In this document: piece by piece, positions 37,156 to 45,641 of the stretch
Numbering within the stretch: position 1 is the first letter of the stretch
How the letters are laid out: each line of letters opens with the position of its first letter
From: Verrucomicrobiales bacterium
GTDB taxonomy: Bacteria; Verrucomicrobiota; Verrucomicrobiia; Verrucomicrobiales; V1-33
Direction of reading: 5' to 3'
Length of the DNA stretch: 64,000 bases
NCBI GenBank assembly: GCA_031411295.1
Contig: JANOAV010000150.1
Location: 1-64,000, forward strand
The notes under the pieces: model-generated
Seen by the model: the letters and a program-made list of their open reading frames with translations, nothing else
Database searches by the model: none
Told to the model about the DNA's origin: nothing
Made by a program: the position numbers and the translations under genes

Positions 37156-37776
37156 GTGCACCCTATTCTACAATTCAGTCTAACCATGCTGGCCGCGCAA
37201 TTTTCCCCCGGTCCAGACATGCTGCTTTTGCTCAAAGCCGCCGTCAATCATCCGCTTAAAGCCGGACTGCTGACCGTGCTGGGAATTGTCTGTGGCCTGG
37301 CCGTGCATTGTGTGATCGGTGCGTTGGGATTGAGCGTCCTGCTCCGCACCAATCCCTGGACTTTCAAAGTGCTGTTGCTGCTGGGGGCCATCTATTTGGG
37401 CTGGCTAGGCTGTAAATTACTGCTAAGTCTGCGACACCGCCCGGCTGCGGAGGATTTATCGGAAGGTCACAAAATCACCCCCACCGCAGCCTTTATGCAG
37501 GGGTTGGTCACAAATCTAACCAACGTCAAAGCGTTCCTTTTTCTGACCAGTTTTCTCACTGCAGGTTTGCGAGACGACGCTTCCAGTCAACGGCGGTGGC
37601 TCCTCGTCGGCATCATCCTCGGGCAGGCGCTCGTATTCTGGAGCCTGTTCCTTTGGTTACTCAAGCGGCCCCCGCTGCTGGCGGCCTATCAACGCCTGGA
37701 GCGCCCGCTGAATGCCGTGTTCGGAATCCTGCTGCTTGGTCTGACCACACAGATGTTGCTGGCCCTGCGTGATTAA
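37156..37776 (+). CDS. LysE/RhtB family exporter
   Basis: SPGPDMLL, GAIYLGWLG, F.QGLVTNLTN.KA. Hydrophobic throughout. Confidence 0.9.
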   Translation: MHPILQFSLTMLAAQFSPGPDMLLLLKAAVNHPLKAGLLTVLGIVCGLAVHCVIGALGLSVLLRTNPWTFKVLLLLGAIYLGWLGCKLLLSLRHRPAAEDLSEGHKITPTAAFMQGLVTNLTNVKAFLFLTSFLTAGLRDDASSQRRWLLVGIILGQALVFWSLFLWLLKRPPLLAAYQRLERPLNAVFGILLLGLTTQMLLALRD

Positions 37777-37983
37777 ATGGCCCGATCCCGATTTAGCGTC
37801 TCGCATAACCGCCTGCACTGCGGAGAGCAAAAGGAAGCCCCCGCTCAATGCCCTTCTTTCTGGTATTCCTTCCAAGCCAGAATCCCCGTCACCACCATGG
37901 CCACGATGGCGACGTAATCCGTGGACGCACTGATGCTGCCGTCCCAGTCTAACTGAAGCTCCCAGAGGTTAAGCTTCAGGATT

Positions 37984-38083
37984 CTCAGTCCTGAAAGGAC
38001 GGCACATCAAAGCCCAAGGGTGCAGCGAAGCGTAACCCTGGGTATTCGTCACAATGAACCAAAAGCCCTGAAAGGGCGGGACA
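37984..38083. repeat. Left arm of a REP/MITE-like palindromic element (same family as 41552-41807); right-arm remnant at ~38570-38589
   Basis: ctcagtcctgaaaggacggcacatcaaagcccaagggtgcagcgaagcgtaaccctggg matches 41552-41610. gccttgcaggacttgag at ~38573-38589 matches 41790-41807. Confidence 0.7.
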
Positions 38084-38261
38084 CCCCAAACACGCTGTCA
38101 ACAGGTCCGTATGCGACTTCTCAACTGTTTTGTCCTTCCGCCAGCCCTTTTTCCTCTCACCAAATATTTCTTGCCAGGAATAACCGTTTTGGGCATACTG
38201 CGCGCACCGGATCACGGTATTTCACCCGACTCTCTAACCACTTCAACCTGCATGATGTCCC

Positions 38262-38561
38262 ATGTCTCCGCAGCACGACAGACGCCTAGCCAGCGAGTTT
38301 GCAGATCGGGTATGCGCGCAGTGGGCGGAGCAGTTCCGGGAGTTGTGTCGGGCCGCGGGCGTCAGCCAGTATAAGCTCTGGCAACGCAGTGGGGTCTCGC
38401 GCGACATGCTCAGCCGCGTGGCGGCGGGGAAGTGTTGTCCGGGGTTGCATGTCATGGCCCGCATCGCCTATGCGCTGGGGATACAGGAGGCAGATCTGCT
38501 GAAAGCCTTCCTGGCAAGTGCGAAGCCTGACTTAGACCAGAAATCCGCCCCTCATGCCTAA
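38262..38561 (+). CDS. XRE-family HTH regulator
   Basis: FRELCRAAGVSQYKLWQRSGVSRDMLSRVAAGKCCPGLHVMARIAYALG. Confidence 0.75.
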   Translation: MSPQHDRRLASEFADRVCAQWAEQFRELCRAAGVSQYKLWQRSGVSRDMLSRVAAGKCCPGLHVMARIAYALGIQEADLLKAFLASAKPDLDQKSAPHA

Positions 38562-38893
38562 GCCCCACGTCAGCCTTGCAGGACTTGAGGAAATGAACCT
38601 GATGCCAGGAAACGGGAATCAAGGCACAGAGCAGCCTCAGCCAGTTCAGTTGTCACTCAAATGGAGTTTCATTTCCCGTTGTCATCATCTGCGGGCATCC
38701 GCGCGCATCTGATGGCAAATCGACAATAACGTTGACTATCACGCGCATTTGCGGCTAAATCCCGCCAAAATTCCGCTATGAAATCACAACCCTGCGCAAA
38801 AACCGGCAAATCTGTCGCCTATAAAGAAGCTCGGCAAAAATCGACACTTCTGTCGGTGATCAAGTAGTTGGCCAGAAAAAAACACCAATACAA

Positions 38894-39838
38894 ATGACAC
38901 CGCAATCTTGGATACCCATATACGGAGCACCTCCTGTCCTCAGCAAAGGTCAGCTAATTTTCAAGGGGGGCGTCCAGAAGGCCGAAGATCCGGAGGGCGA
39001 GCGCATCCTCATGGGACTTTATATAACAAATGAAACATTCACAGGAGGCAAGGCACGATTTATTGTGAAATTTAAGGAAGCTGGGCCTGCCACCTGTGCA
39101 GAAATCGTAATTCGCTATGATCCTCTTACGCAGAATACGCTAAACGTGGGAATCCCCGCCCATGGATACAGTCTTTTCGGTGTTCGCGAGTGGCGGAACG
39201 GAAAATGGGAACAGATCGTCGGCATAGGGCAGCGTGATACCCTTGAGGTAAATCGAGATTACGATGTATCAGTTTCGGTGAATGGGTCTATTTTAGCGTT
39301 ATTTGTGGATGAAGTTGAGGTGGTAAGATGCAATTTACCAACTCCGTTTTCGCAGAGTCAGGTTGGTTTGTTCTTCATTGGAAAGTCTGACATTACGGTA
39401 AGAGAGTTTTCGGTTGAGAATCAGAAACCGAAGGCTTTCGTCGTCATGCGGTTTGGTGCTCCCTACAATGATGTTTACATGGAAGTGATTAAGTCGGTTT
39501 GCGAAGAGCTTGGCGTTGACGTATTGAGAATAGATGAATCCGTAGGCCCAGGTTTGATAGTGGCTGACATAAGTCGTGCCATACTTTCTTCCTCGCTCGT
39601 TATTGCCGACATTACTCCGCTGAATGCCAATGTATTTTATGAAGTGGGCTATGCGCACGGTATTAATAAGCCCACTATTCTTATAGCCGAAAAGGGAACT
39701 AAGCTTCCATTTGATGTTTCTCCATTTCGAACACTCTTTTACGAGAACTCAATTGCCGGAAAGACGAAACTAGATAACGGATTGCGTGAATACCTCAAGG
39801 CTGTGCTTAATACTAGAGGACAGAATAAACAAGGATAA
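38894..39838 (+). CDS. Cassette gene: beta-sandwich N-domain + nucleoside-deoxyribosyltransferase/TIR-like C-domain
   Basis: C-terminal AFVVMRF...VIADIT.LNANVFYEVGYAHGINKPTILI...LPFDV. Visibly more AT-rich than its neighbours. Confidence 0.75.
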   Translation: MTPQSWIPIYGAPPVLSKGQLIFKGGVQKAEDPEGERILMGLYITNETFTGGKARFIVKFKEAGPATCAEIVIRYDPLTQNTLNVGIPAHGYSLFGVREWRNGKWEQIVGIGQRDTLEVNRDYDVSVSVNGSILALFVDEVEVVRCNLPTPFSQSQVGLFFIGKSDITVREFSVENQKPKAFVVMRFGAPYNDVYMEVIKSVCEELGVDVLRIDESVGPGLIVADISRAILSSSLVIADITPLNANVFYEVGYAHGINKPTILIAEKGTKLPFDVSPFRTLFYENSIAGKTKLDNGLREYLKAVLNTRGQNKQG

Positions 39839-39841
39839 TGA

Positions 39842-39899
39842 GGCTAACAAGGCAGTGGAGCCAACGAGCATGGCTGGCGGCTCGCTTTGAACGTCGGTC
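39842..39899 (+). mobile_element. Integron attC-like recombination site (R' degenerate)
   Basis: R'' GGCTAAC, 5 nt, L'' AGTGgAGCC (extra G), loop, L' GGCTCGCT, 6 nt, R' GTCGGTC. It lies 3 nt after the stop. A matching GTTGGCC core sits at 38867 before the gene. Confidence 0.65.
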
Positions 39900-40288
39900 C
39901 CCTTCCGCGGCTATGACTTTCTCGCAGAGGCGACAGCTACATGCTGGACCTAGCCATCGTTTCGTGGGGAGATCCACCAGCTAGGTTCGGCCATGGAGCT
40001 TTCCCTCTCAAACGCAGCCAAACTGAAAATGCAGCACGGGAACAATCGTGGCTATCATCATTATGCCTCCGTTAGAACGCCCGCAGGGTGGTGCCTGGGC
40101 TTAGCCATTCCCTTGCCATGGATTAACTCAACCAGTGCAGGAATGGCAAGGGAATGGTGGCAAGGGAATGAATTGGAGCGGATTTGAACTCCGCCCCCCA
40201 GCCCCGCTCCGTGAGCGTCCGATATTTCGGACTAACGCTACGGACGGATGCGGGGGTAGGGTTCCCCCAGAATCCGTTTCCACCTACG

Positions 40289-40771
40289 ATGAACGCCCTG
40301 CTCCCATCCTTCACACCTTCTCTGGTTTCTGCCCAGGGGTCGGGCACGCGGATGGGCCAGGACGGGGAAAGGCTGCAGCGGCGGGGATTTTCCGTTGGGG
40401 AAATTCCTCATCCCCTTAAGGAAACGCCACATTTCCTTCACGAAATGCCGCATCCCCTCAAAGAAACACCACATTTCCTCCACGAAAGTCTCCATCCGCT
40501 CAAGGAAACGCCGGATTTCCTTCACGAAATTCCGCATCCCCTCAAGGAAACACCGCATTTCCTCCACGAAATGCGCCATCCCCTCAAGGAAACGCCGCAT
40601 TTCCTTCACGAAATGCCGCATCCGCTCAAGGGAACGCCGCATTTCCTTCACGAAATGCCGCATCCGCTCAAGGGAATGCCGCATCCGCTCAAGGGAATGC
40701 CGCATCCGCTTCAGGGGGTGGCTCATTCCCTCAACCTTTTACCCACACCATCACCATGCCAACACCGTTAA
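40289..40771 (+). CDS. Putative His/Pro-rich heptad-repeat protein (EMPHPLK/ETPHFLH)n
   Basis: Open frame across the 21-nt array, with much of the variation synonymous in this frame. Start uncertain (40184 TTG or 40289 ATG). Confidence 0.4.
   Translation: MNALLPSFTPSLVSAQGSGTRMGQDGERLQRRGFSVGEIPHPLKETPHFLHEMPHPLKETPHFLHESLHPLKETPDFLHEIPHPLKETPHFLHEMRHPLKETPHFLHEMPHPLKGTPHFLHEMPHPLKGMPHPLKGMPHPLQGVAHSLNLLPTPSPCQHR
40400..40735 (+). repeat. Tandem array of 16 x 21-nt units, mostly alternating A/B (42-nt period)
   Basis: A = gaaatgccgcatcc(c/g)ctcaag and B = gaaacgccgcatttccttcac. Order (AB)x6, then AAA, then one degenerate unit. Confidence 0.95.
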
Positions 40772-41481
40772 CTTGGGATACGCCGGGCCTCACATGGGAC
40801 TCCGGGGCTACTTGGGACAGTGTTGCCACCACCAAACCCAAACACATGAATACCACCAAAGCCATTATCGACTTCAGCGACTACACTGCTGCGGAACTCG
40901 GCCCCATAGCCCATGCCATTCACGGGAAAATGACCGACAATGCCGCCACCTTCGCCACGCCCCCGCTCACGATGGCAGCCTTCCTAACCCAGATCACCAC
41001 CTATGACCAGAAGCTGGTGGCCCGGGCCAGCAAGGCCACCTCGGATGTGCTGGCCTTCAATGAGGCCCGCACCATTCTGGAGAGCACTCTGGGCTCCATG
41101 GGCAACTACGTGAACACCGTGGCCAAGGGGGATGCCATGATCGTGGATAAAAGCGGCTTCCCGTTCTACGATACCGCCCGGACCGCCAACCCCGGTCCGC
41201 CCGCTGCCCCCACGGATCTGCGCCTGAAGCATGGCGATGTGTCCGGCACCATCATTGCCCGCTATAAGCCAGACCGGCAAGGCAGCACGAACGAGCTGCA
41301 GTGCAACAGCGGAGACCCGAACCACGAGGCGGACTGGTCCCAGCGCGGCATCTACCAAGGCGGTCGGGCGGAGATTACGGGCTGCCCGCCGGGAGGTATC
41401 ATCTGGGTGCGTGTGCGCACGGTGGGGCTGAAGGGGGTGATGGGCGCGTGGAGTGATCCTGCGCAGATTCGGGTGATTTGA
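40756..41481 (+). CDS. Hypothetical protein: helical N-domain + C-terminal FN3-like domain
   Basis: 241 aa. N-terminal (LTWD)x3-like motif. PAAPTDLRL..G..SG.I...Y...WVRVRTVG..G.MGAWSDP (FN3-like). Confidence 0.7.
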   Translation: MPTPLTWDTPGLTWDSGATWDSVATTKPKHMNTTKAIIDFSDYTAAELGPIAHAIHGKMTDNAATFATPPLTMAAFLTQITTYDQKLVARASKATSDVLAFNEARTILESTLGSMGNYVNTVAKGDAMIVDKSGFPFYDTARTANPGPPAAPTDLRLKHGDVSGTIIARYKPDRQGSTNELQCNSGDPNHEADWSQRGIYQGGRAEITGCPPGGIIWVRVRTVGLKGVMGAWSDPAQIRVI

Positions 41482-41551
41482 GGAGAGTTATTTTGAGAGT
41501 TTAACGCATTCCGGCCGCAAAATCGGCAAATCATGGCAGTCCTCGATGGTT

Positions 41552-41807
41552 CTCAGTCCTGTAAGGACGCGACATCACAGCCCTGGGTGGAGCGTAGCGT
41601 AACCCAGGGTCGCTCCGCCAAGAACACAAAGCCCTAGCAGGGCGAGACACGGGCTCACGCATCCAACACGCTCGGTCTTGAGGCATTCGACTCGTGCCAT
41701 GTCCCAATGTCTCGCCCTGACAGGGCTGGTGATTGTAGCTAACTGGAACCCTGGGTTACGCTACGCTTCACCCAGGGCTTTGATGTGTCGTCCTTACAGG
41801 ACTTGAG
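41552..41807. repeat. ~256-bp nested palindromic REP/MITE-like element
   Basis: ~58-nt terminal inverted repeats (ctcagtcctgtaaggac...cgtagcgtaacccagggt / accctgggttacgctacg...gtccttacaggacttgag) and an inner IR agccctagcagggcgagaca / tgtctcgccctgacagggct. Confidence 0.85.
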
Positions 41808-41830
41808 GACTTGTATTCAGCGGCTAGTAA

Positions 41831-42070
41831 CGTTATTCGCTCACGGATCAGGTGCGTCGATCTTCCCGCTCTGTGGCTGCCAATCTGGCGGAAGGCTGGA
41901 GGAAACGACGCTATGCCGCCGCCTTTGTCAGTAAATTAAACGATTCCGAAGGGGAAGCCGCCGAAACGCAAACTTGGCTCCAGTTTGCGGTCGAATGCGG
42001 ATACCTCCCAGCCGATACCACCCGCTCCCTTTATGCCGAATACGATGAAATCATCGCCATGCTAGTTCAA
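41831..42070 (+). pseudogene. 5'-truncated four-helix-bundle (23S rRNA IVS-type) protein gene
   Basis: RYSLTDQVRRSSRSVAANLAEGWRKRRY..AFVSKLNDSEGEAAETQTWL. An in-frame stop lies just upstream and the N-terminal ~30 aa are missing next to the palindromic element. Confidence 0.75.
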
Positions 42071-42091
42071 ACTCCAAAACTCCAAAAAACC

Positions 42092-42523
42092 ATGCCCTTC
42101 ACCCCCACCATCCCCGCCGCCGGCTCCCCGCTGGACTCTTCTGAGATTCGCAGTCAGTTCGTGGCATTGTTCGATCTTATTCAAAGCATCCCCGCTGGCC
42201 CCACTGGACCGGAGGGGCCACCGGGAACCCCTGGTCAGCCTTTCGCTCAAGCGGTGGTGGACGGCACCACTACCCTGGGGCCAGGAAACGCGGCGGCCGT
42301 GCAGGTGTTTTTCGATGGGATCAACGTGCATTTCCAGTTCCAGATCCCGCAGGGCAATCCAGGAGAAGTCACCCAGGCGCAACTGGATAACTCCGTGCAG
42401 GGCGTGCTGAACAGCAGCAGTAATAACACCAACAGCGTGCCCACCCTGGACCCAGCGATGCCTGTGGACCTAACTATCCTGCGGGATAAGATGAACGAGC
42501 TGATCCTAGCGCTGCGTCGGTAG
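42092..42523 (+). CDS. Small collagen-like-motif hypothetical protein
   Basis: ATG at 42092, GPTGPEGPPGTPGQP, ends LRDKMNELILALRR. In frame with the upstream four-helix-bundle remnant. Confidence 0.65.
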   Translation: MPFTPTIPAAGSPLDSSEIRSQFVALFDLIQSIPAGPTGPEGPPGTPGQPFAQAVVDGTTTLGPGNAAAVQVFFDGINVHFQFQIPQGNPGEVTQAQLDNSVQGVLNSSSNNTNSVPTLDPAMPVDLTILRDKMNELILALRR

Positions 42524-42530
42524 GCGACTG

Positions 42531-42603
42531 CTAACGGTGGAGGAGGCGCCCTCGCCTCCAGTTCCATGCCCACGGAGCGAGGACGCTCCGGCCACTCTGT
42601 TAG
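42531..42603. repeat. REP-like palindrome
   Basis: ctaac-ggtggaggaggcgccctcgcctcc ... ggagcgaggacgctccggccac-tctgttag. Confidence 0.6.
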
Positions 42604-42709
42604 ATTCGTAAATCGTAGATCGTCATTCGTTATTCGTAAATTCTTCTCGCTGGGCGCGCGCGATTGCTCTGAATGACGAGTGACGATTGACGAATTACGA
42701 TTTACGAAT
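42604..42709. repeat. Inverted pair of heptamer tandem arrays
   Basis: attcgtaaatcgtagatcgtcattcgttattcg at 42604-42642, with its reverse complement-like gaatgacgagtgacgattgacgaattacgatttacgaat at 42671-42709. Confidence 0.8.
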
Positions 42710-42888
42710 GGAAAGGCCTCCCCTCACCCCTCCCGCCACTCAGCCAGCGCAGCGCGGACCATGGCGGCATTGGGGTCTTCGATGGCTTCGAATATCTGTA
42801 GGGCTGCCTCCGCCCGACGGAGGGCCTCCGCCCGCTCCCCCAATTTCAAGAACTGCACCGCAGAGTTCCAACAAGCATTCCCTTCCCC

Positions 42889-43610
42889 CCGCTGATCCCC
42901 GATCTCCCGCGCGATCACGAACTGCTGCTCATAAAACGAGATGGCCTGCCGCACGTCCCCCAAATCCGCATGGGCGTTGCCGAGGTTCCCCAAGATGCTG
43001 CCTTCTGCCCGCCGATCTCCGATTTCCCGCATGACAACGAGGGCCTGCTCATAAAATGAGATGGCCTGCCGCGCGTCCCCTAAGGCCGCATGGGCGTTGC
43101 CGAGGCTCCCCAAGGCCTTGCTTTCCCCACGCCGATCCCCGATCTCCCGCATGACAACGAGGCTCTGCTCATAAAGCGAGATGGCCTGCCGTGCGTCCCC
43201 CAAATCCGCATGGGCGTTGCCGAGGCTCCCCAAATCCTGACCTTCCGCCCGCCGATCCCCGATCTCCCGCGATATAACGAGCGCCAGCTCATGTATCGAG
43301 ATGGCCTGCCGCGCGTCCCCCAAGTCCCCATGGGCGTTGCCGAGGTTCCCCAAAGCTTGACCTTCCCCCCGTTGATCCCCGATCTCCCTAGAGATGACGA
43401 GGGCCTGCTCATGAAACGAGATGGCCTGCCGCGCGTCCCCCAGGTCCGCATGCGCGCTGCCGAGGTTCCCCAAGTCCAGGCCTTCCGCCCGCCGATCCCC
43501 GATCTCCCTAGAGATGACGAGGGCCTGCTCATGAAACGAGATGGCCTGCCGCACGCCCCCCAAGTCCGCATGGGCGTTGCCGAGGTTCCCCAAGGCTCTG
43601 CCTTCTGCGG
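42889..43610 (-). repeat. Six near-identical 120-nt TPR-coding repeats
   Basis: gagatggcctgccgc.cgtcccc...gcatgggcgttgccgagg recurs every 120 nt. Confidence 0.9.
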
Positions 43611-43732
43611 CCCGGTCTCCCGTGAGTTGGGCGGCGGTGCGCTGGGCCTCAAGCCAAGTAATGCTCTGCCGGGGGTGGAAACGGAGATTGCTGGTGTAGG
43701 CAATGGCATCCACGAGGGCGATGAGGAGGGTG

Positions 43733-43803
43733 GAGTGGGGACACTCTTGGCCGCGCTCGGCGGGAGGGGCGTCGTTGGGTCGGGACAGGAGTGTCCCGAC
43801 TGC
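43733..43803. repeat. REP-like palindrome inserted in frame in the TPR ORF
   Basis: gagtggggacactcttggccg ... cgggacaggagtgtcccgactgc, translated as AVGTLLSR...RGQECPHS. Confidence 0.65.
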
Positions 43804-45509
43804 GGCTTGGAGATAGGCAAAAGCAGCCTCAATCTGGAGGCGCTCGCGGTCGAAGAGAGCTAGGCCGCTGACAGGATCGCCTGCCTTGTAAAGGGTGTCC
43901 GTTTCCTCACCCACCCGGATGAAATGCCGCGAATGGGCCAGATGCAGGGCGGTGAGCGCTTCCGCCGGGTGCTGCGCGGGCATAGTCGGCGGCTAGATCA
44001 TGGAGGGCATAGCGGTCTGGTCCATCCCGCTCCAGCAGGCTGCGGCGGACGAAGGTAATCAGCAGTTTCTCCTCCGCTCCGGCAATGGCGGCCGCTGCGG
44101 TGGCCTCGAAGCTGGCGGAGAACACGGCTAGGTTCCGCCAGGCTTGGCGGTCGGCAGCAGGGAGCTGGTCTTCGCTGAGGCGCAGGGTCTCGGAAATGGT
44201 GATTTCCCCCGCGTCATCCGCATCTGCATCCAGCGTGGCCAGCCGACCGCTGCGGAGGTCCTTCAAATAGGCGGCTGCGTTGGCGGTGCCCCCGCGTTCA
44301 CTGGCATCCAGCGCCAGATGGCTGCCGGCCAGACGCAAGGCCAGCGGCAGCCCAGCGCAGAGCTTCACTAGCTCTGCGGCATCCGCGTCCGTGAGGGCGG
44401 GGTAGAGTTTCCGCAAGAGTTCCGTGGCCTGCTCTGGGCGCAGTTTCCCCACAGGGAACGGTGCCTTGCCCCCCAACATAAAATTTCCCCGCGTGGTGAC
44501 AATGAGCGCGCTGCCCGACGGCGGGATCAAGGGGGCGCATTGTTTCGCATCCGCCGCATTGTCCAAGAGGATCAAGACCTGCTTCCCATGCAACACGTCC
44601 CGATACATCTTCTGCAAGGTGTCCAGATCCTCCGGCAGCTTGGCCTCGGGGTGAAAGGTATTGATGACCCGCGCCAGCAAGTCCTCCGCCGTGGGCGGCA
44701 TAGGCTGCGTGCCCTGCCCGGCTAGGACAATCTGCGCATCCGGGAAACGTGGCATCCACCGATGCGCCAAGACCGTAGCCAAAGCCGTCTTCCCAATCCC
44801 CCCCATGCCCCGCAAGCCCGTGAGCACCGTGCCAGAAGCAGGATCGGCATCATTTAAAACAGCCAAGGCTTCCTCCCGGCCTGTGAAGTTGGCCGGGATG
44901 GGCGGGAGCTGGTGGAGGAGACGCTGATCCAAGAGCCGCTGGCCCATTTCTTTTTCCAGCACGTCAGCAGCCTGCTTAAGGAGGTCGATGTTCTCCAAAT
45001 CTGTGATCAGCGTGACCAGCCGGGGAATGTCCCAGATCTCAAACTGAGGGTCCTTGGGAGCTGGTCGGAATTTCTTGGGAACGGTGGGAGCTTCTGGGAG
45101 CAGGAAGAAAATAATGATGCGGTCGAACTTTCCAGAAAGGGCGTGTTCTCTAACCTTGGCGGCGGTGTGGCTGATCTTTTCTCCGTCGTCTTGGTTGGTC
45201 ACTTGAATGGCCAGGCGTCGCCCAAAGTCTGCAAGATCCACTGCTGGATAATTGGCCGCCTGAGGTTCCAGCCACTCAAGTTTCCAATCGAAGACGACAT
45301 TAAAAAAGGGGACTAAACAACGCTCGATGATGTGATTGGCATCCGTGCGTCCAGCACGAGAGCGGGACTTGAGTTTGGCCCCCAGTTCACTGAGGAGATC
45401 GGAAATGTGGTTGGTGTGCTGAAGGCGTGGGGGTTCCATCGTGGGCGGAGGCTAGCACAGATGCGGACGAGAGCAACAGACCTCTAGATCTCAACGCTTG
45501 TGAAATGTT

Positions 45510-45614
45510 TCTGATAGGAATTTGCTTTTTCAGGGTGGGGTTGGGCAGAAGGTCGGGAGCCAGTCAAGATTTATTTTCTCTGTCTTTTGTCAATGCCTGT
45601 CTTTTTGTCAATGC
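45510..45614 (-). mobile_element. ~100-bp minimal IS91-like remnant (conserved terminus + junction motif)
   Basis: tctgataggaatttgctttttcaggg at 45510 and agtcaagatttattttctctgtctttt at 45562. Confidence 0.6.
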
Positions 45615-45641
45615 AGGGATGTCCTGCCGCGGGAAGGGGCG

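Larger units (their letters stand above)
42724..45439 (-). pseudogene. SMEK-like N-domain + NB-ARC (STAND) NTPase + TPR array, split by a frameshift near 43975 (ORFs 43907-45439 and 42724-43983)
   Basis: NYPAVDLAD....AIQVT. Walker A GLRGMGGIGKT, LILLDNA, LIVTTR, CAGLPLAL, LHDL (MHD). About six 40-aa TPR units LGNLGNAHADLGDARQAISF.EQALVI.REIGDRR.EG in the other frame. Confidence 0.8.

Noticed and set aside
39993..40187. Second cassette ORF after the attC
   Set aside because: 64 aa, runs into the short repeat cluster, and no following attC was seen.
40400..40735. CRISPR array
   Set aside because: Units are contiguous 21-mers with no unique spacers, and no cas genes are visible in the window.
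41831..42070. Diversity-generating retroelement (the four-helix bundle resembles Avd; an FGE/C-lectin-fold domain is present at 19.6-20.3 kb)
   Set aside because: No reverse transcriptase motifs and no TR/VR pair differing at adenines were seen.
42531..42605. Second attC site (CTAAC...GTTAGAT ends)
   Set aside because: L boxes and spacing do not fit, and the interior matches a REP-like palindrome better.
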